Source of the DNA: Octopus sinensis
Taxonomy: Eukaryota
Direction: 5' to 3'
Assembly: GCF_006345805.1 (NCBI RefSeq)
Contig: NC_043012.1
Coordinates: forward strand, 12,214,001 to 12,278,000
DNA length: 64,000 bases
Shown here: positions 27,781 through 41,350 of the stretch, in pieces
How the letters are laid out: every line of letters starts with the position of its first letter
Position numbering within the stretch: position 1 is the stretch's first letter
Translations under genes and position numbers: made by a program
Notes under the pieces: generated by a model
Database searches by the model: none
Told to the model about the DNA's origin: nothing
Seen by the model: only the letters and a program-made list of their open reading frames with translations

Positions 27781-28205
27781 TTGGGATCACACTCCTGTGG
27801 GGAGAGGGATTGTGATGACTCTTACGAATTGATGCGTGCCAAATATGAGAGCCTTCTGCAGGATTGCAGGGAGAAGGGATGGCAAGTATAGCTTTTGCTA
27901 TTCGGGGTTGGTTGTAGGGGCGTTCCCTGCTCAGTCGGCATGGAGAGTGCTTAGAGTCATTGAAATGAGAGGAAGAGAGCGAAGGGTGGCTGTACGCAGG
28001 AGAGGCAGAAAGAACCTGCTGTTGGCTTTGCGGTAACAGAGAGGCGTTGAGCTGGATGCTAGGAGAAGATGAAGAGCAGTGATTTTGCCGCCTCTGTTGA
28101 CCCACCAATGGGAGAGTTTCACGGTTCAGGGTCGAAACATCCGATGAAAGTAAAGTAAGTTGGATACTGTCTGATGATATCAGTTCCTCCTGGCCAAAGC
28201 TCCAT
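27781..28205 (+). mobile_element. HERO-clade non-LTR retrotransposon 3' end (RLE domain plus 3' UTR)
   Basis: Frameshifted translation YELMRAKYESLLQDCREKGWQV*LLLFGVGCRG.PAQSAWRVLRVIEMRGRERRVAVRR. 3' UTR agggtcgaaacatccgatgaaag...ctgatgat. Confidence 0.8.
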
Positions 28206-28341
28206 TCACTTTGGTGAGTCGACAAAGCACCTGTTTCTAGGTATATATGTTAGTAACACACACACACACACACAAACACACACGTGTGTGTGTGTGTGTT
28301 TCTGCGTGTATTAATATGCATACATACATACACACATATAT

Positions 28342-28413
<72 letters not shown>

Positions 28414-28469
28414 ATGATAGGTATATAAAGGTACGTGTGTATCATCTTCTTGGCTCATCATCACTTAGC

Positions 28470-28640
28470 AACCGGTGTTAGCTTTTCGACGCCCCCCATA
28501 CTGTAGCGTTTCGGCAAAACAGACCGTCTGGTTTAGTATCTGACTTCAAAAATAAGTACTGTGGTCGAGTCAGTTGACTAAAACGTTTCAAGTCGGTGCT
28601 CAAACATGGCCGCAGCCCATTGAGTGAAACAAGTAGAAGA
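28470..28640 (+). mobile_element. SINE family B tail half, degenerate
   Basis: gcgtttcggcaaaacagaccg...aaaataagtactgtggtcgag...gactaaaa...cggtgctcaaacatggccgcag...gaaacaagtag. Confidence 0.7.
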
Positions 28641-29922
28641 TAAACGAACAAAGCAAAAAAGAAAATAAATAAATGAAAAAGAGAGTCGTTTAGTGTACTG
28701 TGTATTGTCGGCCTGTTAAGATTCCACGATAGGGAATTAAACTAGATTTGAAAAGTAAACAGAAGTGAAGTTTTATAAAGCGGTTTTTTCCGTGGTTGAC
28801 ATTCAGATATAATGTGTATGAGTTTGCTTATGTTTAAACGTCATCAATTATCTTAATCCACTTATTTAAGTATTAATACCGCTCGGGAAGTGTTTCTTTC
28901 ATAGAAAGGAAAAAAATACGAAGTTTTGAAGGATAAATATTATTGCAATCTTCAAGTGAAACCAACGTTTTGTTCTTTTATTTTTAGCTTTGTTTTATGT
29001 AGTTTGTTTTATGTTTTCTTTGTGCAAATATTGAACTGGTGACATTTTATCAATCGGTGCTGCCATAACAACAATGAAAACAATTAGAAAAGGAAAAAAA
29101 AAATAGAAGAAAATACCAGCGGCAAAATGGTAGCAACGAAGACAGCCAAAAATGCAAAGCACCAATCGCCTTCAAAGCAAATATGTACACGAAAAAACAC
29201 TTAATACCTAAAAAGTAATCGAAAGGAAATAGCATATTTAAATTGCAGATGAAGAAAACTTTCATAAAAGGAAAAGAAAAAAAAGTGGAAAAAAGCAAGA
29301 AAACAATTAAGTAAATATATATATTCCGATTCAACTCCTTCATCTCCGCAGCTATTTATTCCAGCCACCATTTCCAACACGCAGCCATCGTTACCACAGC
29401 CACCACCGACATTCTTCCTTCGCTACGCCGACCCCAGTAAAACCAACAAAATTATTACCGCAAAAACATTAAGACTAACAATAATTGCAACAGCAGTCAT
29501 TGTGTGTAATACAGACACAAGGAATATCCCAAGAAATAAATATGTGTGTTTGCATAGAGAGTAAAATAACTCCAGAATAAATACAAACTAAGAAATAATA
29601 ACGGAAAATACGTAAATGGGTTGTAAATGCATATAATATACACACACACACACACACACACATACACACACACACACATACACACACACACCACACACAC
29701 ACAAATGTACACAGGAACATACACATATAAATGTATACGTATGTGAAATATTTTTTTACATATATAAACGCACACAAACTTACACTATGCATTCGTAGAT
29801 AGGTGAGTAGGTATGTACGTTAATATATATGTTTGCACGTGTTTACACACATATATATAAATATAAACACTCACACACACACGTATATATTTATATACAC
29901 ATACATGCACGTATATATTTAT

Positions 29923-29955
<33 letters not shown>

Positions 29956-30534
29956 GATATATGTATATACTTTATTTAAAAGCAGCAGAAATATAAGAAA
30001 AGCTGTTACTCGGAGTTTCACTGCTTTTAAATAAAGCACATTGCTCTACCTCTGGTATTTGAATACTCTTTTTTCCACCTTGTTTCACATTTATGTGCTT
30101 ACTCCGGTATATATATATATATATACACACACATATATATGTACAAAGTTAATTAGTGTGTACATTCATATATGTTAACACGTTCACTCATATTGGTATA
30201 ACATATACATATACACACATATAAATTTATATTTTATGTATGTATGCAAGTTAATTATACAAACAGGAATATCGAATTCAAAACCAGTTTGGTAAGTGCC
30301 AACGCAAGATCCTCTCGGACTTTAAGCAACTCTTTAAATCGGTCCCATTAATAATAATAATAATAAAAATATGATTATGTTTATACACAGACACACACAT
30401 ACACACACGAACACACACAAACATACACACATATACAAACGGACACATATATGCAAGCACACATGCATACATGCGTACGTACATGCACAGGCTTACGCTT
30501 ATTCTCTGTTTTAAACAGACACATGTGTATATTC

Positions 30535-30610
<76 letters not shown>

Positions 30611-30655
30611 GTCTATCTGTCTGTCTGTCTGTCTGTCTGTCTGCCTATCTCAGCC

Positions 30656-30689
<34 letters not shown>

Positions 30690-30694
30690 TTATC

Positions 30695-30747
<53 letters not shown>

Positions 30748-30768
30748 CCTACCTATCTGTCTATCTAT

Positions 30769-30811
<43 letters not shown>

Positions 30812-30823
30812 CCTACCTATCTG

Positions 30824-30889
<66 letters not shown>

Positions 30890-31173
30890 CACCTACCTAC
30901 CTATCTGCCTAACTATTTATCTATCTATCTATCTATCTATCGATCTATTTATCTATCTATCTATCTATCTATCTATCATCTATCTATCTATATATATATC
31001 TATTTATCTATCTATCTATCTCTTTATCTCTTTATCTCTTTTTCATTCTGCCTGCCTGTCTGTCTGTCTATCTATATATCTATCTATTTATCATCTATCT
31101 ATATATATATGTATCTATCTATCTCTTTATCGCTTTGTCAGTCTGTCCGTCTGTTTGTCTGTCTGTCTGTCCA

Positions 31174-31214
<41 letters not shown>

Positions 31215-31232
31215 GTATGTATCTATCTATAT
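30535..31232. repeat. About 700-bp (TCTA)n/(TCTG)n/(CCTA)n array
   Basis: Direct reading. Confidence 0.97.
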
Positions 31233-32780
31233 AGGTAGACAGATAAATGGTGAAAAACAAAACAAAGAAAAAGCCATTTGACTCAGTAGCAACTGTTTAC
31301 TGTAAGATCAACATACGGCTGTATATTTCCCATCAGTTTTTGTTTCAGATCTGCAATTTCATCGCGGTAACGTTTAGCCTGTTGACATTGCAATTTTGTG
31401 CATATGACTTTGTTTATGCTTCACTTTCTTTTGCTATTTCCTCTATTCTTCTCGGATTTTTCTTCTGGATTGTTATCAATCCGTACGCCATTTTTTCCTT
31501 ATTTAGTTCTTCACCTTCTAATTTCCCTTCTTATACTTTCTTTCAAATACTGAAGAGTGTGTCACCAACAGATATTCATTGATCTCTGTGTACTTTGTTT
31601 GTTTTTTTTTGGTTGTTGTATTATACTTTATTATATATTTTTCTATATATTCTATTCACGTGCAGTTTTGTTTTGTTTATTTTCATTATTACATATCATA
31701 TTTACGATACTTTCTATCAAGTTAGGCTATTTCTAACTCCTTCGTTTCAAAAAATCTTACTTCACCAAAAGACACACTCGTATTTGCATAACGAAATATG
31801 AAAAGTAATTATATCAGTTACTCGAATATATATATATATAAATAGAGTTTTGTAAGAGAACTGTAATAGATCATCCGAGCTCCGAGATAGTGTCTTTCTT
31901 CAACTGAGATTTCATTACAATACATACATACATATGTGTATATATATATTTATATATATATATATATTCATTACAGATATAGCGTGAAAAATTATTAATT
32001 CAATAAAATCAACAAATTTCCCTTAGTAGTATTTCGGTATGGAAAAGGACCATAATTGGTAAAAACTTATACAAGAATTTTTTTTTATACATATATATAA
32101 TTATAATATAATCAATATAAGCAACAAGTATATCCAGAGGTAATGCAGTACGATCGTTTCATACCACTCCATTTAATTCAAAATTGCAAACATTACATCA
32201 ATTTAAAATGTAGAGAAATCTTCATTTTACATTTGATGTCATGTTTGCATTGTTCAATTAACTGTATGCTACGAAATCCTCGTCGCCACTTATATATCGC
32301 ACGTTCGGATCAACTCTACTCTTCTCTCCTCTACACGACTCTGCTCTGTTCTACTCTGACCGCTACTCTACTGTCTTTGTTCTAGTCTACTACTCTCTAT
32401 ATCTACGTATTGGGCTAGTCTACTTCATCGTTTGGGGACGCATACACAACACTTACATTTAAGGAAATTTACGCATATATTTCACTGAGTCAATTAAAGT
32501 ATGCGTGAAGAAGAATAAACACATAAACGCACAAATGCACACTTATACACACACGAACACACGCATATATACATACATGGACATTCTTAAACAAATACAT
32601 AGGTACAGAGATAGATATAGATGACAAAGACACACGTACTCATTTAGACAGGCGCAACACATGAAGTATCCCTCACAAAATACAAGTTTCCCAATTGAAT
32701 CTAAACAGCAAAAAGCAGCGTAACTACACCCAAAAGCTAACATTCCTCAAATTCAGCAAGAACACACATATATACACATC

Positions 32781-32813
<33 letters not shown>

Positions 32814-33303
32814 GCACACACAAATTCATATAGATACAAATACACACACATACGATTTTACACGCTATATATAGCATAACTTCAATGACGCAACACACAT
32901 GCAACTGACGTCGAACGCTGCTTTTGCACACGTGAAGTGTTATTCTCGTTCGGCTGTGTTAAAGTCCATTTCGATAATTTTGTAAGCAGGCCACGTGACA
33001 TTGTGTGAGATGGAGTAATGGACGGTATTGATTTTTTAATTACTCCAAGACCTTTCATGCATAATATGCATTGAGATTATATACGACGTTGATATTTCTA
33101 TCAACACATCGTGCTTATTTTGTCATTTGGTGAACATTAGTGGTGATTTAGTCAATCAAATGTCTTCAGACCGGAATCGAAACTCGAACTATCAGTGAAT
33201 ACATTGTGAAATTTTCTCTTTTGAACTAACTGCTCCACGCTAACCATCCATTTGGTATCATATTTAATGAAAAAAAAATAATAAATAAAGCTGGAATATA
33301 ATT

Positions 33304-33306
<3 letters not shown>

Positions 33307-33336
<30 letters not shown>

Positions 33337-33419
33337 GTGATGGTGATGATGATGATGATGATGATGACGATGACGATGATGATGATGATAATGATGACGA
33401 CGACGACGATGATGATGAC

Positions 33420-33452
<33 letters not shown>

Positions 33453-33625
33453 GGTGATGATGATGATGATGATGATGATGATATTGATGTTGGTAACGAA
33501 GAAGATGAGGAGGAGGAGGAGGAGGAGGGGGCCGAGGAAGTGGACGAAATGGAGGAAGCGAAGAAGGATATTAATGACTACGAAAATGATGATGATGATG
33601 ATCAGCATCATTGTGATGGCGAAGG
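33307..33625. repeat. Compound (GAT)n/(GGT)n/(GAG)n triplet array
   Basis: Direct reading. Confidence 0.95.
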
Positions 33626-34089
33626 TGTGACGACAAGGATGCTTCTTTCACTGAAAAACTTTGGGGATTTAATTATCACAAGGAGACAGTCCTTAGGAGA
33701 CTAGATTTAATCCAATAAATACACGCTTAATTCCGTTGATCCCTTATTATACATGTAGAAACCAATGTCTATCGCAGTAAGTTGTTTTCATTTCACAATT
33801 TAACATTAAATGGATTTCGTGTTTGAATTTATTTACTACGTTGATGTAGAGTTGGTTTTCCTCGTCAACGTATCTGAGGATGAATAAAACGGTTTTTTAT
33901 TGACTACGGGCAAAGTAGGTGCATGATTTGTATTTTGTTTGTTTTTGAATTCAAGGGCATTGTAGAAGAGGGAACTGCGTTATCTACAACTGAAGCTGTG
34001 AATATAATTTCTGTAACATAAAAATAACCAAGAATACCAAGAGAATGATACAGAAAAAAAAAAAAGAAAGGCCAGGTTCATGGCTTGCA

Positions 34090-34173
34090 CTAACACTGCT
34101 ACTGCTGCTAATACTACCGCACCTGCTGCTGCTACTACTACTACTACTACTACTACTGCAGCTGTTGATGCTT

Positions 34174-34211
<38 letters not shown>

Positions 34212-34255
34212 GCTACTGCTGCTGCTGATGCTGCTACTACTACTACTACTGCTGA

Positions 34256-34307
<52 letters not shown>

Positions 34308-34333
34308 ACTACTACTACTACTACTACTACTAT

Positions 34334-34383
<50 letters not shown>
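34090..34383. repeat. (CTA)n/(CTG)n triplet array
   Basis: Direct reading. Confidence 0.95.
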
Positions 34384-34384
<1 letters not shown>

Positions 34385-34552
34385 ACACTCTCTCTCTCTC
34401 TCTGCAATTAATGCAGCATTTATAAATTATCGTTCACTATTTGGCGGAAGTCCTTTCCTCTGCTGGGTGGAATGATATATTTCTGATATTTTTCACTGAC
34501 CCCGCTTACTCTTGCTAGGAGTGTGTCGTCCATGTATTTATTATTTATTTCA

Positions 34553-34758
34553 TTTCTTTTATTTGTTCCAGTCATTTGACTGCGGTCATGCTGGAGCACC
34601 GTCTTTAGTCGAGCAAATCGACCCCGGGACTTATTCTTTGTAAGCCTAGTACTTATTCTATCGGTCTCTCTTGCCGAACTGCTAGGTGACGGGGACGTAA
34701 ACATACCAGTATCGGTTGTTAAGCGATGTTGGGGGGACAAACACAGACACACAAACAT

Positions 34759-34798
<40 letters not shown>

Positions 34799-34920
34799 GA
34801 CGGGTTTCTTTCAAATTCCACTTACAAGACTTTGGTCAGCCCGCAGCTATAGTAGCAGACACTTGCCCGGAACCATTTGGTTGGTAAGCAAGCTTACCAC
34901 ACAGCCACTCCAACGCCTAT
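34553..34920 (-). mobile_element. SINE family B, near complete, internal (TA)n
   Basis: gtcatttgactgcggtcatgctggagcaccg...cttattctatcggtctc...ggggacgtaaac...(TA)n...ctttggtcagccc...acacagccactcc.acgcct. Confidence 0.9.
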
Positions 34921-35400
34921 ATTTTGATACATTTACGAAGGAAATTTTTCCTTCGTGTGTGTATCTTCGTTACTGTCTTCGCCAAACAATAATTGCAATT
35001 TCAGCGATTGAAAACGGCAAAAGACAAACAAAATTAGAGAAAACTCACCAGCGATGATTCGAACGTGGATTCCACATGTGAAACAAATGGCATAGCCAGA
35101 GAGAGGAAGAGATTGTGAAAGACTAAGATGACAATTATTCCTCTGGTAACTGAAGTGGTGTCAAACAGTTATGAAGGTGTGTATTTGTGTGTGTATGTGT
35201 GTGTGTGTGTGTGTGTGAGCGTGCGTATGTGTGTTCATGTCTATGTGTGTGCATGCATGCATGCATGTGTGTGTGTGTGTGTGCTTGTGCGTGTGTGTGT
35301 GAAAATGGGTTGGTTTCTGTCAAAACGACGTTGATCCTTGGTCTGCTGTGTTAGGTCTGGCCTCATGGTAAGAAAAGTGATTAAAACAATCTAATACTCT

Positions 35401-35651
35401 CTGTTACTCTTTTACTTGTTTCAGTCATTTGACTGCAGCCATGTTGCAGCACCGCCTTTAGTCGAATCAAATCGACCCCAGGACTTCTTCTTTGTAAGCC
35501 TAGTACTTATTCTATCGGTCTATTTTGCCGAACCGCTAAGTTACGGGGACGTAAACACACCAGCATCGGTTGTCAAACGATGTTGGGGAGAAACCCAAAT
35601 ACACAACACACACATATATATACATACACACACACACACATATATATATAT

Positions 35652-35684
<33 letters not shown>

Positions 35685-35686
35685 CA

Positions 35687-35749
<63 letters not shown>

Positions 35750-35880
35750 CCGTCACCAAATCCACTCACAAGACTTTGGTCGGCCCGAGGCTACAGTAGA
35801 AGATCAAGGTGCCACACATTGAGACTGAACCCGTAACCATGTGGTTGGTAAGCAAGCTACTTCCCACACAGCCACCCCTC
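35401..35880 (-). mobile_element. SINE family B, complete, internal (CA)n(TA)n
   Basis: Same bipartite structure as 34553 and 9149. Confidence 0.9.
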
Positions 35881-36440
35881 CGCTTTAATAAACATTAAAT
35901 AGAAGAATCCGCACCAGTACCATTGCTAATAGAAGCATTGTATGTTTGTCGTAAAAGCAATCACAACCACAATGTACAGACCAGTTTCGGTGTTCTCACG
36001 TTCCGAATATCAAAATGAATGATTGCAACATCAAATCATATCCACTATTGATGAATACACAGCATCAACGTTCAACTACTGATTGTACTTAAACAAACTC
36101 AAAATCCACCAACATCCCTATCACCGCCGTCACATGAACTAAAACAACGAGAACTGCAGCAACTGTAGCAATTTTCCAAAGTTTGGTTTGGATATGATAA
36201 AATTAATTGCAAATAAAATTAATTAGATGGAACTATGAGTGTGATAAAGTTTCATATTAAACTAATGATGGAGGATTCCGTCGATGTTTTAATTGGATAG
36301 CAATAGAAACCTGTGTATGTATGTTCCTGCGGATTCTAATTGAGTATTAAAATGCATGTGTAATTATATATATATATATATATGGGTGTTTAAATATCTT
36401 TATCTGTATTCGTTTATATAATTGTGCGCGTATGAGTGTG

Positions 36441-36520
36441 TAGTTTACGCTTCTTCAGATATCGCTGATATATATGTGCGTGTGTATTTACACACACACA
36501 CACAGACACAGGCACACACA

Positions 36521-36564
<44 letters not shown>

Positions 36565-36609
36565 CCACGCACACACATATATCAGCAATAACTGAAGAAG
36601 CGTAAACTA
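36441..36609. repeat. TA-terminated fold-back with about 42-nt arms around (CA)n
   Basis: tagtttacgcttcttcagatatcgctgatatat (36441) versus atatatcagcaataactgaagaagcgtaaacta (to 36609); 2 mismatches in the first 31 nt. Confidence 0.8.
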
Positions 36610-36627
36610 TATTTACATACATATATA

Positions 36628-37107
36628 CGAAGTCTGATCAATAAGTATCCGGACTGTTGCTATAGTAACGAAGCTACAGCCCAGAGAGTAAAGCCGCTTG
36701 ACACAGATTTTGTACTCTGTGGTGCATGCGCACTAAGTTTTAACGTTGTAGCTTACTTCCGCTGTTTACAGCAGTGCTTGGAAGGAAGGTGTGTAGCGTG
36801 TGATCGTTGCATTGACCATGACAGAGAAAGTTGCCATAGCAGTGCCTGCTCAGAGGCCTACGCAAAGTTACAGAAAGTGTATGCATGGTGAAGAGTGCAT
36901 GATCCGCAAAAGATCGTTTGCACAAGAACTCTTTGATTATGTCGCGAACGATGAAAGCTTTTTGAAACCTTAGAATAAGCCTCTGAGCAGGTATAGCCAA
37001 GCTTTTGACAAAATTTGATGCAGATTCTCTTCTCAGCTTTCTCTGTCATCATCAAGGTGACGATTACACGCTACACACCTTCCTTCCAAGCACTGCCGTA
37101 AACAGTG
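36628..37107. mobile_element. Rearranged second mariner family (irritans-like): two 5' ends head-to-head
   Basis: TA+cgaagtctgatcaataagtatccggac terminus. Plus strand MTEKV..SEAYAKLQKVY..EECM and QELFDYVANDESFLK; minus strand MTEKAEKRICIKFCQKLGYTCSEAY. Inverted arms 36762-36832 and 37034-37105. Confidence 0.8.
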
Positions 37108-38688
37108 CCTACTATTGCTCTCACCTCATCATGAGGAATAGTAGGAATGTCATTGAATAGTGAGAGTGGGGGTCTAAGTGTGACACACTGATACGCAGTT
37201 CTCGCATTTTTTATAATAGATGTGTTACTACAATATACCTATTTGTTTTATACTGCATAAAGAACTGTTTTACACTTGTTATGAAGTTTTATCAATTAAT
37301 ACAAGTTTTGTATATGCACATACATGTGTTTACACATGTACAAGTAAGCATTTTCTGCCTCTGTGTGAATGTAGATATTTTTTATTAGTGTCCATATATG
37401 TGTATGCATGTGTTGATATGTATATATAAGCTAATGAGTTTGGATTTATGTGCACAATTACTTACTGTTTTCACCTGCATATGAAAGTGTATGTCTTTGA
37501 GTGTAAGTTTGAGTATTAGAGGCTGGAATCAGATTCAGAGATCCCTAAGGCCGAATATTCAGGCTAGCGGAACGAAGATCTATTTTTGGTCAGTTTATAT
37601 GAAAATAGACATATTACGTGCTTACACACAAACATACACACACTCCCATACACATACCTATTCATAAGCACGCATATTAGCACAGTTCGTATTTACAACG
37701 CTATTTGAAACACGAATTCCTCGGTTTCTATGTTAGATAATTTCAAGAGAAAAATAAGATTAAAGCGTTTTCAAACAAGATTAAAGGGTTAGGTTTTAAA
37801 AGATGTGGCATAAATAACGAGAAAGACAGTTTTGGAAAATATCAACAGGAAAACTTTAGCAAAATTTATAATCAAATTAAATAGATTTTGAGATGAAATC
37901 TCCAGAACACTTTTTCTGGGGTTCGTAGATCGGAAACTTGAAGCTTGGAAGAAGCGTTGGTGAAGATTAGTGTCAGGGTTAGCTTAAAATGAATAAGCGC
38001 GAACTATAAAATACATACTCAGTAAGGTTTTCTTTCCTTCTCGCACAATTCCTCTCATTAAAATACGCATTAATATATTCGTACATCTCTTTCCCACTCT
38101 TATACATGCACACACACACACAAACACATACAGACTAACACGAACGCACGCATGAATGAACGCATGACTGTATATATGTAAGTATGTAAGTATGTATGTA
38201 TGTGTGTGTATATATTTATGTATGTATACAGGCATGAAAGCATGCATATAAAGCAAACAAGCCTTGACATTCCATATAAACTGCTACATCAATAGTATAT
38301 AATTTCAGACTCATTGTCCTGCATAGGACATATCGGATAAACCTCCAGTCGCATGTACATATATGCATATATGTACGTATATCACATATACAGTGTTATC
38401 ATCTAGTCATCGCTGATGTACATAACAGCACTATTTTTTCACACAGCATCAGCCTATTGTAATTTGTAAGATAACAGCGATTTGACCAATTTTGCAGAGA
38501 CCTGCGTCACACATTATCTAGCACCTGAGTCTATACTTCTTAAGCCCTTCATCATGCTACCTCCAGTAGAACCTTTCAACGAATAACGTTTGTTACGGAT
38601 GATTAACGCAAAAATGAGCAAATAGAAATATCTCAAACTGGCTAGCGGTTTGCAATTGAACAACATAAACAAATACAGATATACCATA

Positions 38689-38914
38689 TACCTATTTCTT
38701 TACTACCCACAAGGGGCTAAACACAGACAGGACAAACAAACGGATTAAGTCGATTATATCGACCCCAGTGCGTAACTGGTACTTAATTAATCGACCCTGA
38801 AAGGATGAAAGGCAAAGTCGACCTCGGCGTAATTTGAACTGAGAACGTAGCGGCAGAAGAAATACTGCTAAGCATTTCGCCCGGCGTGCTAACGTTTCTG
38901 CCAGCTCGCCATCT
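38689..38914 (-). mobile_element. Full-length SINE family C with 18-bp TSD
   Basis: ggcgagctggcagaaacgttagcacgccgggcgaaatgcttagcag head on the minus strand. TSD aaatacagatataccata at 38671-38688 and 38915-38932. Confidence 0.93.
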
Positions 38915-39135
38915 AAATACAGATATACCATACAACATAAATTCATGATTTATTCACATTATCACCACCTAGAGAATATGTATCATAATTACCAAATAGC
39001 AATGAAGAACATCTCCATTAGAGAAAGACGAACTTTTTGAGATTGACTCAAGAATCAAACTTTTCCAAACTTTACATAAAAGAAAAGGATAAGCTAACGA
39101 TATATGTATTTGTCTACCATGTGGCTGTTGCTTAA

Positions 39136-39336
39136 CCCTTTCGTTACCGTACGTATTTTGAGATGCTCTGTAGTTCTTTCAATTACTTTAAATATAACAA
39201 AGAATTGTGTAAAATAACTTAGTTATCATTAAGATAGTGTTACGAACATAAATTGTGACTAAGGTTTGGTGGAAGATTTTAATTCAGAACTTTTGAAAAC
39301 AAGACATTTCTACTACAGAGTCTTGTATCGAAAGGG
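39136..39336. mobile_element. piggyBac-type MITE
   Basis: TTAA|ccctttcgttac ... gtatcgaaaggg|atta; TIRs match 11/12; left TSD intact, right TSD degenerate. Confidence 0.65.
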
Positions 39337-40126
39337 ATTATGTCCCACTTAATATCTCGCAACGTTTATCGATTTATTTATTTATTCGTATATTTTACCA
39401 GAAGTGGCTTTCTCTGGCATTTACTATTTATCGCTGCTTTTGTTTTTACACAAATTTTATTTTCTTTTTTCTTTGTTATTTTAAATCGTGCAAGTCATTG
39501 TATTGGGTTAAGAGGAAATACTAGTTAGAAAAATATAACTTGTGTTATAACAGTTCCACGGTGAGGTTTTATTGGAGACATTTAGATTTAAGTACTATTA
39601 CGTCTTAAAATTGAACGTGCATAATAAAATGTAAGAAATTAAATTTAGGCAGCTGTCACGTTTTATGCATTAGTAAAATAGTTTAAAGCTTCTACTATAC
39701 TGAAGGTCCTGGTAAAAAAATTTAATCATGTCTTTCCTAGAATCTTTTTCAAATTACCTTGTATTTAAAGGTCTCTCAACTTACATAATACGTACACATG
39801 CATAAGCACATATATGCGTACGTTTCTACATACATATATACATTTACCACGTATACATTTATATATAGGTCTATATGTGTATGTGTACGTGTGTGTGTAT
39901 ACGTACATGAGTATAAGTGTTTGTAAAAGAAAAGAATGATTTCAAAATACAGGTCAATCTAACTGTAAATATATTCAAACCTGAAAAGTTTTACCTTTCT
40001 AGTAACAGGATTCTGAAATCTATTATATTCTTTTAACGACTGATTTTTTATGGTGGTGTTGGTGGGGGGGGGGTGATTTAAACCTCACACTTATACATAC
40101 AAACACAGAGATACAGATAATATATA

Positions 40127-41350
40127 TTAGGTTGGCATCTAAGTTCCCGCCGTGTTTCTAAATTTAAATTTTTAAAAGGTTTAATAAAAAAAATGACAAC
40201 CAATTAATGAATATTGTATTTAACTTTTTCTTTACAACTTCTTCCCAACGTTCAACAAGATTTTCAATACCTTGTTAGTAGAAATCACCCGATTTCGACT
40301 CGAAAAATTGATCCAACCAAACTCTCAATTCTGCATTAGTATTGAACGAAACTCTGCTCATAGCATTTGGGGGAGATTGAAAGAGGTGGAAATCCGTTGG
40401 TGCCAAATCAAGAGAGTACGGCGTGTGTGGAAGTGCTTCCCAGCTATGCGTTTGAATGTCTTCCTTGGTCATATTGGTGATATGATGGCGGGCGTTTTCA
40501 TGCAGCAGAAGAACTCAATACTTCCGATTAGGTCTTTTCTCTTGAATAGCCGTATTGAGTCACTCCATCTCTTGAACATAGAATTCTGCGTTGACTATTT
40601 GGTTCCGTACAAGCAATTCGTAATGGATAATCCCTTCCCAGTCCCACCATACGCGCAACATCGTTTTACACGGATAAAGATCTTGTTTCACGCGCGGTGT
40701 CGCTTGTTTACCGGGGCTAAGCCATTCCTTACGCTGCTTCATATTGATGTAGAAGCACCATTTTCCATCACCAGTAACTTTCGGTAAAGAAATCGTTGCT
40801 TGTAACCAAGTAAACCAGCGGAAATTGTGGCTCGTTGATTTTTGTTGTTGTCACTTAAAGCATTCGGAACCCATGTTACATACTTCTGAACCTTTCCCAT
40901 CGAGTGAAGATGCTTCTCTATAGCAGTGTGGAAGCATTCCATTTTCTTTGCCAGTTCCCTTGTTGTTTGACGAGAATTTTCGGGCAAACATTGGTCTAAT
41001 CGCTCTTCATCGAACTCAACTGGACGGCCAGAACGAGGTGCGTCTTTGAGGTGAAAATTTCTATTTTTGAACTTGGCATACCTATCACGAGCGGTTCTTT
41101 CAGCTATGGCACCCTCTCCATACACAGCACAAAAGCCGCGAGCAGCTTTTGCGGCCTCAGAACCTTGATTAAAAGCAAAAAGAAGGAGGTGTCGAATAGG
41201 CTCGTTTTTCTTAACTTGACATTCCATTTTAATGATTTGAAAGTAAGCAAAAATTAACTAAAATTAACTGGAAAAAATAAAACATAACAGATTCCAAAAA
41301 TGATTCGAAAATAGAATTCTCAAGAAAAATAGATACTAAAATTTAAAAAC
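40127..41350 (-). mobile_element. Mariner (DD34D), second copy of the 2120-3363 family, one TIR lost
   Basis: TA|ttaggttggcatctaagttcccgccg at 40127. ORF 40739-41227 MECQVKKNEP...WVPNALSDNNK; YSLDLAPTDFH. The terminus upstream of the transposase is missing. Confidence 0.95.
40265..41227 (-). pseudogene. Frameshifted mariner transposase
   Basis: Pieces 40739-41227, 40560-40742, 40275-40472. Second catalytic Asp reads LLHENAR (D->E), 34 residues before the third D. Confidence 0.9.

Noticed and set aside
28120-28185. GAAAC...CTGATGA in the HERO 3' UTR as a type II hammerhead
   Set aside because: No stem I and no properly placed UH triplet.
27713-28225. 170-aa Ser/Gln-rich minus-strand ORF
   Set aside because: Antisense shadow of the HERO fragment.
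33264-34475. Poly-I/M/S/L/T ORFs (also 53085-53945)
   Set aside because: Pure triplet microsatellites open in several frames and on both strands.
40272-40787. 171-aa plus-strand ORF
   Set aside because: Antisense to the mariner transposase; the same shadow frame appears in the 2.3-2.8-kb copy.
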